A stretch of 63,971 bases of DNA, the filler included, from Octopus bimaculoides (lineage: Eukaryota), in the NCBI RefSeq assembly GCF_001194135.2. It is 11 parts of 9 records of this genome, joined end to end, with 100 filler letters (N's around TTAATTAATTAA, not from the genome) between each part and the next. Parts side by side here need not be neighbours in the genome. Positions count along the whole stretch, not along the records: positions 11,601 to 18,404 come from NC_068983.1; positions 18,505 to 37,965 come from NC_068986.1; 9 more parts are not named here. The stretch is one strand, 5' to 3'. A program made the translations under genes and the position numbers. Positions 11,690-24,004 of the stretch are shown here, in pieces. How positions within the stretch are numbered: the first letter of the stretch is position 1; each line of letters starts with the position of its first letter. A model generated the notes under the pieces. The model saw only the letters and a program-made list of their open reading frames with translations. It was not told where the DNA came from and made no database searches.

Positions 11690-13090
11690 AAAATCACAGC
11701 AATGATCTAAGATAGATAGCACTTCATGCAGTATGCGCACTGTGCCAAGTAAAGCCGGGGCATTTCTAAAATGTCCAGATATTTCTTAACGTTTGGTGGT
11801 ATTGAACTCAATGCTCCGATAACAAAAGGAACAACCTCTATATTTGACTTTTGCAGCTTTCCTACCTCAGTTTACAGGTTTCCTTATTTGTTGACCATTT
11901 CTTATTCTTTCATGACAACATGTTGATCTCTTACACTGTCAAGTCAATTACTGAGTGCTCTTGTTTGTTCCATCTAAAGGCTAGTATGTTTGGCCGACAG
12001 TGCTGTATCACGTTGTCGGTCTGGAAGTTATAGTCCCAGAGGATCTTTGCTTTCCTGTTTTCGTCCATAACCTTTTCCGGTGTATGTTGGTAGAAAGCGC
12101 CCATTATGTAATATCTATCTTTCGGGCACAGTATCCAGTGAAATGTCAGACCTACCTTGTCATGTCTCTGTATTCATTCTGTGCAAGTTTTCACAAGCGC
12201 CAACGATGTGAGACACGCTTTCAACCTTCTTCGCACACATTCTGCAGAAGTTCGTTGCACTTGTATGGCAGATATCCCTCTTCACTGATGCTAGGTCGTA
12301 GGCAGCGATGATTAATAATGTTTCCAAACTTCCTTTTAGGTTTACCCTTGCTGAGCCATATTCATGGTACTTCTTGATCTATTATGGTTTTAGTTTCACG
12401 GTGGAGCTTACCATGTAATTCTATTCGGTGTATACTTTATTTTTTTCGTTGGTTATTCGTGCTTGGATTTCATTAACACACTCAACTCCATTATTGGTAA
12501 ATTCTACTGCATTAGTAGCATACGGAAGGTGATATTGTTTACCAAATAATCTGTTGAGTTTTTTGTTACATTGTCGATGCACTCACATACGCTTATCAGG
12601 CCACGTCCAATTCACCTCTCTCGATGTACATCCTGAGTACGTTTGCCTCGGTGTGTAGGGTACTATGTAATTTTAACGTATCTTGGGTAGTACGATCGAG
12701 CTTGTGAATCTCTGCTCGTGTCGGGTTCACTATAGGGAACTATATTCACTGTACATATGTTGATGGCATTCAAAAGGCTCCTTCAAGAGATAGTTGAGGC
12801 ATTTCAAATATGCAGTGGTAATCCTGTCTTTCATGTCTTTGTGCAAGATATTTTCAAGCTCCAGGATTTCCAGTTATTTCTATGCACCATCCTTTTCGCT
12901 ATCACTTTGTCGTTTCTATTTCCTTTCATTTAGCTCTTTTCTTCTTTATATAGTATGTAGGGCATATTTTCAAATCCCGAATTCCATTCTTTGCTGCACA
13001 TATGTACAGTCCCAACTAGCTCATCCATTTCAGTCTCAATTTTCGCAAACAGATTTACTAATCCTCATGAATGAAAATGTAGTTGAGTCG
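11690..13090 (-). mobile_element. R4/Dong-clade non-LTR retrotransposon relic 1 (RT C-terminus, CCHC finger, RLE)
   Basis: LFAKIETEMDELV, KYLGILE, RGL, CRMCAKKVESVSHIVGAC, KILWDYNFQTD..RPNI, LLGTVRIL; many disablements. Confidence 0.85.
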
Positions 13091-13844
13091 AAGTTCATTC
13101 TTCGTCAGCTCCTAGAGCGGGTTCGTTTAGTAGAACTAGAGAAAGTTGCATCGAGGCTATAGCAAGTAGAAAATGTGAACAATAATCACTCTGGAAGATA
13201 TCACTTTGATTGTTATCTGGACTAGTTATGGATGTTATAGAAAGACTTCATTTTTCAGCAGACTACATACATTTACAAGCACGTTGCGTATTTTGACCAC
13301 TAAAAGGTCCACGACCACGTGGAGTTTGATTTTTCAATCCATTGCCCTATGGAAGGTCCCTGCGGAAACCGAGGGCTCCGGTGTCTTCAACTCAGTGAGG
13401 AGTCTTGGCATTCAAACCGTTAATTGGTTAACTATTGGTGTCCAGCATTGGAAATAATGAGACGGATTTTTGTACGGGTTTTGCCTCCCGAGGTGGCCAT
13501 TAGTGATTTTCAAAAGGTCACCCCGCTTCAATAACACCAGTTCTATCTTCGGACAACAAGTTCAGCCGCTATAACTTGCGGTAGGACTACCACAGTGTCA
13601 GAGATTGCAGCAACCTATGCAGGTCCGGTGTGGCACCAATTTCCTTTCTCTACGCTGTTATGTACGAGTCGAAAGAGATATAAATGCTTTTTCTACCACA
13701 CCGAGTGAGTTCTCACAGAATCCATTGTTCGCTTGTAATCGCTGCTGTAAGATAAGATCAGAGATTTAAAAAAATTGAAAAAAAAAACAAAAATGAGATA
13801 CCTATGTAAAATCATTACTACTTCTATTATCACCATCATTACCA

Positions 13845-13930
13845 TTAAGGCATCGAGCGGCAAAGTGTCAGCGGACCGAGCAAATTGCTTAACGTCATTT
13901 CGTCTGCTTACGTCCTGTTTTCCAATTCTG
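13845..13930 (+). mobile_element. SINE family B head, truncated
   Basis: aaggcatcgagcggcaaagtgtcagc..aaattgcttaacgtcatttcgtc. Confidence 0.55.
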
Positions 13931-15255
13931 TTGGAGATGTGTTACGGAGTCACTGTTCACTACCAGTAAACTAAGGTAAACGCCTTAATTTTCGACAATA
14001 ATACGGAGTATTCGAGAGGTTCCAAGTAGTGCTGTTTTCTGCAAGTGCTCCACCCTTATGGCAGCCCCTAAATGTTTCCACGTACTTCTCAAGATTTTAC
14101 TCACTATTCCAAGGCCTCTGACAATTATTGGTACTACTACCACAGTTTTCATTTACCACAGCTGCTTTACATTCCAAGCTAACCTGTCATTACTATCGAC
14201 TTTTCTTTCGTCCTTATCGCATACCTTGCTGTCAGCTGGGCATGCTATATCTATGATCCAGCATAGTTTGCTTTCGTAACCAATTAAGACTATGTCTGGC
14301 TTCCTATTCTCTATCTCAAGGTCTCACTGAATCATAAAATCCACTAAAATCATTGCATTATCATTTTCGGTGATGCCTTCAGGTTTATGTTCGTACCAGT
14401 TCTTCGTTATGTCAGGTTCATACTTTATGCAAAGTGTCCAATGGACACTCCTTGCTATATTATTATGACGTCTCTTATAGACTTTCTGGGCTAGTAGTGT
14501 ACAATGGTTGGTAATATGCCATACGGTTTCAGTATTTTATCCACTAATTCTGCACTTATCACTTTTTGATGTGTTGTCTATTCTGCATTCGTTGTAATTC
14601 GTTCTTAGTGCTTGCTCTGAGGCAGCACAGATTAGAGCCTCTGTTTCCGGTTTAAAATCACCTTTTGTCATCCATAGCCATCTTTTTGCTCTGTCTTCAA
14701 CATCGCTATGAAATTTTCCATGCATTCTTTTCTTTATACACCTATCTTCACTTGTGTGATATCTTTTACATACCATGCTATTTTGTTTTCTTCTGCTTTA
14801 ACGCTGTCTTCGTATCGAATGAGTCCTCTTTCCCCTCTTCTTCTTGGTATGTATGTCACTTTGTGTCACCTTTTGGGTGGAGTATCCATATCTAGTCAAC
14901 AATTTTCTTGTCTTTCTGTCTAAGCTGTTTAGTTCGTCTGTTGTCCATGCGATTACTCCTGCTCCATATCTCAGGCGTGAAATCGCCTAGGTGTTGATAG
15001 CGTCAATCTTATTCCGTCCTTTTAATTTCGACTTAATGATCAGTCTTAGTCTGCGCAAGTACACCACCTTAAATTTTTCTATCATTTCTTTCTCCATGAA
15101 TTTATCCATTTCCAATATCCCCACGTATTTATAGCCCGTCTCTTCTATCTGTTTCATAACTTCCCTAGAGGGTATCACTAGCTCGTCTATACATTTGATC
15201 TTGCCTCTCTTGTAGACTAATACACCACACTTTTTCAGTCCGAACTGTATTCTGA
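13930..15255 (-). mobile_element. R4/Dong-clade non-LTR retrotransposon relic 2
   Basis: QFGLKKCGVL, GYKYVGILE, KPETEALICAASEQALRTN, CRI..ETVWHITNHC, RKPDIV..IIDIACP (PD-D/ExK RLE), QKTALLGTSRILR. Confidence 0.92.
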
Positions 15256-15257
15256 CA

Positions 15258-15385
15258 GCAGGCTGAGAAAAGTGCTTAGCAGCATTTCGTCCGTCTTTAC
15301 GATCTGAGCTGAAATCCGCCGATTTCGATAAAATAATTACCATTTGAGCACTTTGTTGATGTAGACTAATAACTCTTCCCCCAAA
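15258..15385 (+). mobile_element. SINE family B, internally deleted, abutting relic 2
   Basis: gaaaagtgcttagcagcatttcgtccgtctttacgatctgag..tccgccga..gataaaataattacca. Confidence 0.7.
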
Positions 15386-15429
15386 TTTCAGGACTTGTGC
15401 CGAGAGTAGAATGGAGTATTATTATTATT

Positions 15430-16000
15430 ATTTCGCAAATCCATGCTAATTTGGTTAGCAGATATTTTAACTTGCGTTTCGGCGACAACATGTCTCGTCA
15501 AATATCAAAAAGCTTTCAGAGTTATCTTTGCAGAATGTAAGATTGCATTTTTTTTTCAGGTCGACAAGGGTTCCAATTCCAATTTCTTTCCCTCATTTAG
15601 TGTCATTGTGGGTGCTGTGCCAATTGCATCAGTTACTACATAAACAACTGTTCTTTTTGGTCTTCCGCAATCTCCTGAGCTCTGTGGCGAGATCATGATA
15701 TTTCTAATTTTGTTTTCAATTTCTTTGTTGACGACTTTGGTATAATAGGGAATCGCAAATTATATGATCTTACACAGTTAGTTTATACTGTTCTATATAT
15801 TTATGGCTGCTCTTTTGCCTAAATAGTACGAAACTGCAATTCTCATTTTCTCGCACAGCTTGAAGTTCGTCTTCATAGCATTTTTCATTTGCTTCGAAGT
15901 CATACACTCGGTCAATACCAAAATGCAGTTTTTTGCCTACACATTCATGTCTGCGCTTATATTTCATACATTGATGTCTGCACTTATATCTTGTTTTTGT
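15430..16000 (-). mobile_element. R4/Dong-clade non-LTR retrotransposon relic 3 (3' end), followed by (TAA)n
   Basis: RHECVGKKLH..EKCYEDELQAVRENENC, KYHDLATELRRL, AIGTAP; short (ATT)n at 15418-15431. Confidence 0.75.
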
Positions 16001-16344
16001 TAGTATATTGCACAAACCCAGAATGTGGTCGATGCTTTCTTATCATTCCAAGTAGTAAACGCTACATTTGCTATCTCACTGAATTTTGTTAATCTTAGTC
16101 ACTATCAGACTTCTTGTAGCAGCCTGTTTCTAAACAGCTATTATTAACGTTTATCTTTCTCCTTACAAGATGGCCTCTCTCAAAGAAAATCAGCGATCTC
16201 TACACTGAACGTTTTTGGTTTCTTGCTTGAATTGGTTTTGCAGCCCCATTTCTACCCATTTATCTGTTCTGTTGCAAATCTTTTTTTTTTTTTTTGTATT
16301 CTCCTATTATTTCAGCCATTACTTGTAAACAAAAAACAACAAGT

Positions 16345-16770
16345 ACCTATTCCCAGTTGTAACTGTCGAGATCCTGGAGCTTGCAAACTTCAATTTATAT
16401 GAAGCAGATGTGACAGCAACGCTGCATTATAACCTAGCAGAAAAAAAACAAAAACAAGAATCACATTAAGTTATGCGAAGGCGTATTCAAAAGATACACG
16501 CTAACTGCCTGCTTTCCGGCACATCCAAAAAAGTAGAGCCACTAAGTTGGTTAGTGTCATATGGGGATTGAAGACCAGCTCCATGTAATATACATTCGAA
16601 TGGAAAATCATAGAAAAATTCCATGCCATATGTTAATGGACACAGAAAATTTCAAGGTACGCGTAGCTGAAAGATTGCATATCATTTTTAGGTGTAAGAA
16701 TCCCATTGCACTGCGGAACTCCAGAACAGAAAAGTTTGAGAGAATGCAAGATACTTTTGGTAAATAGGAG
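16345..16770 (+). mobile_element. Penelope-like element, GIY-YIG endonuclease remnant
   Basis: CNCRDPGAC, LYEADV, HIKLCEGVFKR, FRHIQKSRATKLVSVIWGLK, FEWKIIEK, YVNG, AERLHIIF..RNSRTE match the PLE endonuclease layout; frameshifted. Confidence 0.8.
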
Positions 16771-17006
16771 ACCAACACTCATTCTTGACTGAGCAGCCGT
16801 TTCGGAAATTGTATACACCTCCGCTTCATTCTACATCCACTAGCTGTACGGTAGGCGGCGAGGGGGGAACATAGCATGAATTATCCTTTTTTTATCCGTT
16901 TCATTCGCCTTTCACTTCTTACATCCACCACTTTTTTCTCCCAATGACTTCTGTGATATTATTTTGATTTCTAACTTGAATACTCGATCTGACATAACGA
17001 AAATTA

Positions 17007-17044
<38 letters not shown>

Positions 17045-17965
17045 NNNNNNNNNNNNNNNNNNNNNNNNNNNNNNNNNNNNNNNNNNNNNNNNNNNNNNNN
17101 NNNNNNNNNNNNNNNNNNNNNNNNNNNNNNNNNNNNNNNNNNNNNNNNNNNNNNNNNNNNNNNNNNNNNNNNNNNNNNNNNNNNNNNNNNNNNNNNNNNN
17201 NNNNNNNNNNNNNNNNNNNNNNNNNNNNNNNNNNNNNNNNNNNNNNNNNNNNNNNNNNNNNNNNNNNNNNNNNNNNNNNNNNNNNNNNNNNNNNNNNNNN
17301 NNNNNNNNNNNNNNNNNNNNNNNNNNNNNNNNNNNNNNNNNNNNNNNNNNNNNNNNNNNNNNNNNNNNNNNNNNNNNNNNNNNNNNNNNNNNNNNNNNNN
17401 NNNNNNNNNNNNNNNNNNNNNNNNNNNNNNNNNNNNNNNNNNNNNNNNNNNNNNNNNNNNNNNNNNNNNNNNNNNNNNNNNNNNNNNNNNNNNNNNTATA
17501 TATATATATATATATGTAGGTATTTATATTTATATAATCTGAATAACGGAGTAGTTGTTCTGTAAGATACGCATATATTCCTGCAGAGACTTTATCTTCG
17601 TTGTTATAGTCACAATGGTTATATATACCGAAAAGCATACATACATATAAACACACACACATACTCAAAAACAAAGACATATGCACACATATAAACAAAT
17701 ATTCACATATATTAGTATATTCGTCTCTGTGAGTGTGTACCTCTCTCTCCTAAACACATGTATATACATACATACTTACAGACATATGAATGTGTGTATG
17801 TGTGTGTGTATGTGTGCGCGTGCGTGTGCGCGCATATCTTATACATAGAAATATCGATAGAAAGACAAATAGATCGTGAGACTGATACACATCAGTAATT
17901 GCTCTCTCTGTTTTCTCACTCGCTTTTTTCTTTCTTTCTAGTTTTAGATGTTGCCAATATTAGTA

Positions 17966-17975
17966 TTATTATTAA

Positions 17976-18064
<89 letters not shown>

Positions 18065-18080
18065 TTATTATTATTATTAT
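17966..18080. repeat. (ATT)n microsatellite
   Basis: Direct reading. Confidence 0.97.
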
Positions 18081-18504
18081 TTGATGGTTGCTTTATTCTC
18101 TTATATAAGTTCCCTTTAATTGCTACATCTTATCTATGTGAAGCTTTTGACAATAGATACCACAATTAAATATCTATAGATTGATTTTGCTGTCATTAAT
18201 AGCGTATTTCAAACTTTCTATAAGCATTTCAATGCGATATATTTTCGTATATTTTGATATATTTCGATATATTTTCATAAAGATAAGAACAGAGGAACAC
18301 ATTATATCCATATTTCTTTTATTTCAATTCAGAAAACTACAAAATTATAATGTAAAATTCTTCACATCGAATTAGATATTCTTGAAATTAAAATTCACAA
18401 GAAANNNNNNNNNNNNNNNNNNNNNNNNNNNNNNNNNNNNNNNNNNNNTTAATTAATTAANNNNNNNNNNNNNNNNNNNNNNNNNNNNNNNNNNNNNNNN
18501 NNNN

Positions 18505-18770
18505 ACCACCTTCACACCACCACTACCACCTTCACACCACCACTACCACCTTCACACCATGACTACCACCTTCACACCATGACTACCACCACTACCACCT
18601 TCACACCACCACTACCACCTTCACACCATCACTACCACCTTCACGCCGCCACTACCACCCTCACATCACCACTACCACCTTCACACCACCACTAACACCT
18701 TCACACCACCACTAACACCTTCACACCACCACTACCACCTTCACACCACCACTACCACCCTCACACTACC
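18505..18770. repeat. 20-bp minisatellite (ACCACCTTCACACCACCACT)n, about 13 units
   Basis: Tandem near-identical units with no spacers. Confidence 0.92.
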
Positions 18771-18909
18771 AACGCCACGATTACGACGACCACAACCACG
18801 ACAGCCACATCGACGTACATGTCTACGACCACTACGGTGACAATTTCGACTGCAGCGACTGTGAGGGCAGCGGTGGTCACTGCTCCATGCCACAACTGAA
18901 CGAATTGGT

Positions 18910-19140
18910 CAGGTGGCGAAATGGCAGAGTCATTAGAACGTCAAAAAGAAGGCGTCGCAGTATTTGTTCCGACTCTCAACAGTCTGAGTTCAAATCCTAG
19001 CGATGTCAACTTCACCTTTTATCCTCACGGGATCGATAACAAATAAGTATCGATCCAAGGTGGTGGATTAGCAGAACTGTAAGAACATCAGAGCGGACGC
19101 CTTGCGGTATATGTTTGCGCTCTGAGTTCAAATCCCGCTA
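18910..19140 (+). mobile_element. Two consecutive old SINE family B-like heads
   Basis: ggtggcgaaatggcagagtcattag..ctgagttcaaatcc and ggtggtggattagcagaac..ctgagttcaaatccc. Confidence 0.6.
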
Positions 19141-19699
19141 AAGCCTATTTAGGTGGGAGGTTTAACTCATCGACCGGCTTAACACCCCTACTTGGTATCA
19201 TGAGGGCCTTTGGAAAAGTTTATTCTTTTGCAAGCATTTGCATCATGCTTCCAGTTTATGGAACCCTTTTTTCCTCTCACCCGCCAGTTTCGGAGCCCGG
19301 TAAGGAGCCAGGGGAACTGCTCCACCACGACGACAAAAATAACACAAATAACATAAAATAAATTACTCATATTAATTCTTGTTACTTCTGTTATTGATGA
19401 TACTGAAGATGGAGATTTTTGTTTTACGGCTTGTAAATTTATAATTAATCTAATGGATGTATTTGTCCCTTTACTTTAAGTGATGCTGCAGCATCCAGAA
19501 TGGCTGCGTTACAGAGTGTACTACGAAGTAAGGGTAAGTATTGTTATTGACATCAACCGAACCGTATCTGACAATCACATGCAGGAGACTACTGCTAGAA
19601 CCGCAGATGTGAGATAAATGACTCCTTCCTTCCATATCCGCATAACAAGGAAGACTCTACATTGTCTGATTGACTTCCTATACATAGCAGCCAAATTTC

Positions 19700-20440
19700 G
19701 CTCAAGGTACATCTCCCACATCTTCTTCGTTGTCAATGGCATTTCTGGTCTTTCGTTTATGACCTCTTAGATGATTATTCAACCCCCACCCGACCCCTGC
19801 AGATTTGTATCTACATGGTTTGTAGCATAAGTGACAGTTGAAAGTTGTGACTTCCATTTGATTGATCGGGTCACTTTGTGAGATATTATTTCTGTGAACC
19901 ACCGTATAGCTCTTCAAACCCCAAATCGACTCGCAAGCCTTTTCACACACTTCACATGTCAAATCACCCAGTCTAGCAAGAAGGACGTTTCATATAGTTG
20001 ATCTTTCATGGGACATCAAATGGTTGACATACCCAGCCTTAGGAAAGAGTATATGACCACACATTTCACAGCGCTTTATGTCCTCATCGAGGTTCTGATG
20101 ACATCCCTTCTGAAGCCTTTCATGCTCAAGGTGACCCCCTTCGAAAGTTTTCCAACCTTCGCTTATACGTTTCCTCCACTCAGCTTTTCCCAAAGCTAGT
20201 TCTTCCCAACTCATTACACAGATTTGTAGTTTCTTCTGGATGCCGTCTTGGCAGTCTTTGTACCTTTATCATAGTTCGTACCAAGGACACCGTAGAACAG
20301 CTGGTTTGGAATCCTATTATATTCCATATGCACAAAATGGCCTGTCCAATGCATCTGTGTAGATATGATGAATGACTGGATGCATGTGCAACCTGCTTTT
20401 ACAAAGACTTCTGCGTCAATTGTTTTACTTTGCCACATGA
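19700..20440 (-). mobile_element. RTE-clade LINE ORF2 3' end with three C2H2 zinc fingers
   Basis: MHWTGHFVHMEYNRIPNQLFYG, WEELA..AEWR (RTE C-terminus), then CEMC-x12-HLMSH, CEVC-x12-YTVVH, CHLC..HLRGH; one frameshift and one in-frame stop. Confidence 0.85.
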
Positions 20441-20520
20441 CGGTGAGTGTGTCTCAACAGTAATAATCCTTGGATGAAATTTATGAATATTTTAATGCAT
20501 CGCTACGCGCGCGTGTATGA

Positions 20521-20611
<91 letters not shown>

Positions 20612-21043
20612 TACGCACACATATCCAGAATATATAACCATTAATGATAGTCGAAGATGCATCCTCGCTGCATTTCACGTTAGTGCACAGATGTTTACTC
20701 GCAATACGCTGATTGATTGCATGTAATAGTTCCTTCTGTTTCTTTGTCACATTCAGGAATTGATCAAGTATACACCACAGCATCACGAAGATAATTCCAG
20801 TCTGAGGAAGGTTCTAGATTACCTGAAACCGACAGACAATATCACGAGAATGCCTAATTATGTACGTAATTTTTCACATCTCTTAGTAGCAATCCAAAAT
20901 ACGACACGCTAGAAACAGTAGCCAATCAAAATCTTTCTGAAATCATACAAAGAAAAGGCACTTAGAATATTTGCGTGTGTTTCTATCAACATAATCCTCC
21001 ATTTTAACTTGAACTTGAAGAACACAAACACAGCACACGCACG

Positions 21044-21109
<66 letters not shown>

Positions 21110-22084
21110 NNNNNNNNNNNNNNNNNNNNNNNNNNNNNNNNNNNNNNNNNNNNNNNNNNNNNNNNNNNNNNNNNNNNNNNNNNNNNNNNNNNNNNNNNNN
21201 NNNNNNNNNNNNNNNNNNNNNNNNNNNNNNNNNNNNNNNNNNNNNNNNNNNNNNNNNNNNNNNNNNNNNNNNNNNNNNNNNNNNNNNNNNNNNNNNNNNN
21301 NNNNNNNNNNNNNNNNNNNNNNNNNNNNNNNNNNNNNNNNNNNNNNNNNNNNNNNNNNNNNNNNNNNNNNNNNNNNNNNNNNNNNNNNNNNNNNNNNNNN
21401 NNNNNNNNNNNNNNNNNNNNNNNNNNNNNNNNNNNNNNNNNNNNNNNNNNNNNNNNNNNNNNNNNNNNNNNNNNNNNNNNNNNNNNNNNNNNNNNNNNNN
21501 NNNNNNNNNNNNNNNNNNNNNNNNNNNNNNNNNNNNNNNNNNNNNNNNNNNNNNNNNNNNNNNNNNNNNNNNNNNNNNNNNNNNNNNNNNNNNNNNNNNN
21601 NNNNNNNNNNNNNNNNNNNNNNNNNNNNNNNNNNNNNNNNNNNNNNNNNNNNNNNNNNNNNNNNNNNNNNNNNNNNNNNNNNNNNNNNNNNNNNNNNNNN
21701 NNNNNNNNNNNNNNNNNNNNNNNNNNNNNNNNNNNNNNNNNNNNNNNNNNNNNNNNNNNNNNNNNNNNNNNNNNNNNNNNNNNNNNNNNNNNNNNNNNNN
21801 NNNNNNNNNNNNNNNNNNNNNNNNNNNNNNNNNNNNNNNNNNNNNNNNNNNNNNNNNNNNNNNNNNNNNNNNNNNNNNNNNNNNNNNNNNNNNNNNNNNN
21901 NNNNNNNNNNNNNNNNNNNNNNNNNNNNNNNNNNNNNNNNNNNNNNNNNNNNNNNNNNNNNNNNNNNNNNNNNNNNNNNNNNNNNNNNNNNNNNNNNNNN
22001 NNNNNNNNNNNNNNNNNNNNNNNNNNNNNNNNNNNNNNNNCAAAGAAAGAAAAAGAGGATCTGGGCAGACAGACAGAAAGACAG

Positions 22085-22086
22085 AC

Positions 22087-22132
<46 letters not shown>

Positions 22133-22154
22133 GTAGGCAATCAGACAGACACAC

Positions 22155-22195
<41 letters not shown>
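22085..22195. repeat. (GATA)n and (TTGA)n tetranucleotide arrays
   Basis: Direct reading. Confidence 0.95.
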
Positions 22196-22690
22196 ATAGT
22201 GAGGTAGACGCATATAATGATGATGAAGAGAACGGCGAGGGTGAAGACAACGACGACGACGACGACGATGATGATGATGACGATTAAATCGCCATCACGA
22301 GAGATATATCTCCCCAAATATCACAACCCTCAATCCACAATAGATATAACCCTCACCTCTTCACCCACCGACTCCCTTTCTCTTCAGATGCATGTATTGA
22401 CTCTATTTTTCTATCTCTCAGTCTTCTCTCTCTGTTCTCTTTCTGCAGCGAGGTTCGTTATAAACCCTACTACTCAATTATGCTCGATAATGACTCCATC
22501 AAGACATACGATATGGGTAAGCAGTTATCGTTATTGCCGCTTTTGTTTACTCTAACTTAATCTTTAACCGACCACATCTCCAGATGATACCTTATCTAAC
22601 ATCGTTCTTATATGCCTGTGCTTTATCTAATACTACCCAGGAGACACTAGTGGTCTCTGGTTTGTTACTCAGTTACCTAATGTGCTTCGG

Positions 22691-22978
22691 GTGGAGGCGC
22701 AATGGCCCAGTGGTTAGGGCAGCGGACTCGCGGTCATAGGATCGTGGTTTCGATTCCCAGACTGGGCGTTGTGAGTGTTTATTGAGCGAAAACACCTAAA
22801 GCTCCACGAGGCTCTGGCAGGGGATGGTGGCGAACCCTGCTGTACTCTTCCACCACAACTTTCTCTCACTCTTACTTCCTGTTTCTGTTGTGCCTGTAAT
22901 TCAAAGGGTCAGCCTTGTCACACTGTGTCACGCTGAATATCCCAGAGAACTACGTTAAGGGTACACATGTCTGTGGAG
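22691..22978 (+). mobile_element. SINE family C (tRNA-derived), near full length
   Basis: A-box tggcccagtggt, B-box ggtttcgattccc; about 90% like 29580-29903. Confidence 0.92.
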
Positions 22979-23691
22979 NNNNNNNNNNNNNNNNNNNNNN
23001 NNNNNNNNNNNNNNNNNNNNNNNNNNNNNNNNNNNNNNNNNNNNNNNNNNNNNNNNNNNNNNNNNNNNNNNNNNNNNNNNNNNNNNNNNNNNNNNNNNNN
23101 NNNNNNNNNNNNNNNNNNNNNNNNNNNNNNNNNNNNNNNNNNNNNNNNNNNNNNNNNNNNNNNNNNNNNNNNNNNNNNNNNNNNNNNNNNNNNNNNNNNN
23201 NNNNNNNNNNNNNNNNNNNNNNNNNNNNNNNNNNNNNNNNNNNNNNNNNNNNNNNNNNNNNNNNNNNNNNNNNNNNNNNNNNNNNNNNNNNNNNNNNNNN
23301 NNNNNNNNNNNNNNNNNNNNNNNNNNNNNNNNNNNNNNNNNNNNNNNNNNNNNNNNNNNNNNNNNNNNNNNNNNNNNNNNNNNNNNNNNNNNNNNNNNNN
23401 NNNNNNNNNNNNNNNNNNNNNNNNNNNNNNNNNNNNNNNNNNNNNNNNNNNNNNNNNNNNNNNNNNNNNNNNNNNNNNNNNNNNNNNNNNNNNNNNNNNN
23501 NNNNNNNNNNNNNNNNNNNNNNNNNNNNNNNNNNNNNNNNNNNNNNNNNNNNNNNNNNNNNNNNNNNNNNNNNNNNNNNNNNNNNNNNNNNNNNNNNNNN
23601 NNNNNNNNNNNNNNNNNNNNNNNNNNNNNNNNNNNNNNNNNNNNNNNNNNNNNNNNNNNNNNNNNNNNNNNNNNNNNNNNNNNNNNNNNNN

Positions 23692-23734
<43 letters not shown>

Positions 23735-23738
<4 letters not shown>

Positions 23739-23945
23739 CTGTGTGTCTGTGTTTGTCCCCCCAACATCGCTTGACAACCGATGCTGGTGTGTTTACGTTC
23801 CCGTAACTTAGCGGTTCGGCAAAGAGTGACCGATAGAATAAGTACTAGGCTTACAAAGAATAAGTCCTGGGGTCGATTTGCTCGACTAAAGGCGGTGCTC
23901 CAGCATGGCCGCAGTCAAATGACTGAAACAAGTAAAATGAATAAA
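23735..23945 (+). mobile_element. SINE family A, 3' half, well preserved
   Basis: gtgtttgtccccccaacatcgcttgacaaccg..cagcatggccgcagtcaaatgactgaaacaagtaaa. Confidence 0.92.
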
Positions 23946-24004
23946 AAAAAAAAAGAGTATTCATATCGATTGGTAGAAAGTGGAAAGGCATCTATGTAAA
24001 AAAT

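Noticed and set aside
13400-13530. Possible HDV-like ribozyme in a putative retrotransposon 5' UTR (minus strand)
   Set aside because: P2- and P3-like pairings can be drawn (UAAUG/CAUUA, GCC/GGC), but P1, P1.1 and the catalytic J4/2 strand could not be completed.
15774-15936. Apparent spliced exon on the minus strand (AG..GTAAGA)
   Set aside because: The peptide is the zinc finger-to-RLE linker of R4 relic 3.
16780-16835. GAAAC with a hairpin on the minus strand after the PLE remnant
   Set aside because: No CUGANGA, no stem I, and antisense to the element.
18505-18770. Regular repeat array as CRISPR
   Set aside because: Head-to-tail units with no unique spacers, in a eukaryotic context.
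18770-18900. Thr-rich or His/Asp-rich reading frames
   Set aside because: No start or splice context; explained by a degenerate trinucleotide repeat.
20640-20790. Possible Tc1 transposase C-terminus (WCILDQFLNVTK..)
   Set aside because: The similarity is too vague and there are no TIRs; the region may instead be PLE-type terminal sequence.
22691-22770. tRNA-like sequences (also 24090-24167, 29580, 43010, 54412)
   Set aside because: A and B boxes are present, but there is no complete cloverleaf and each continues into a SINE body; not tRNA genes.
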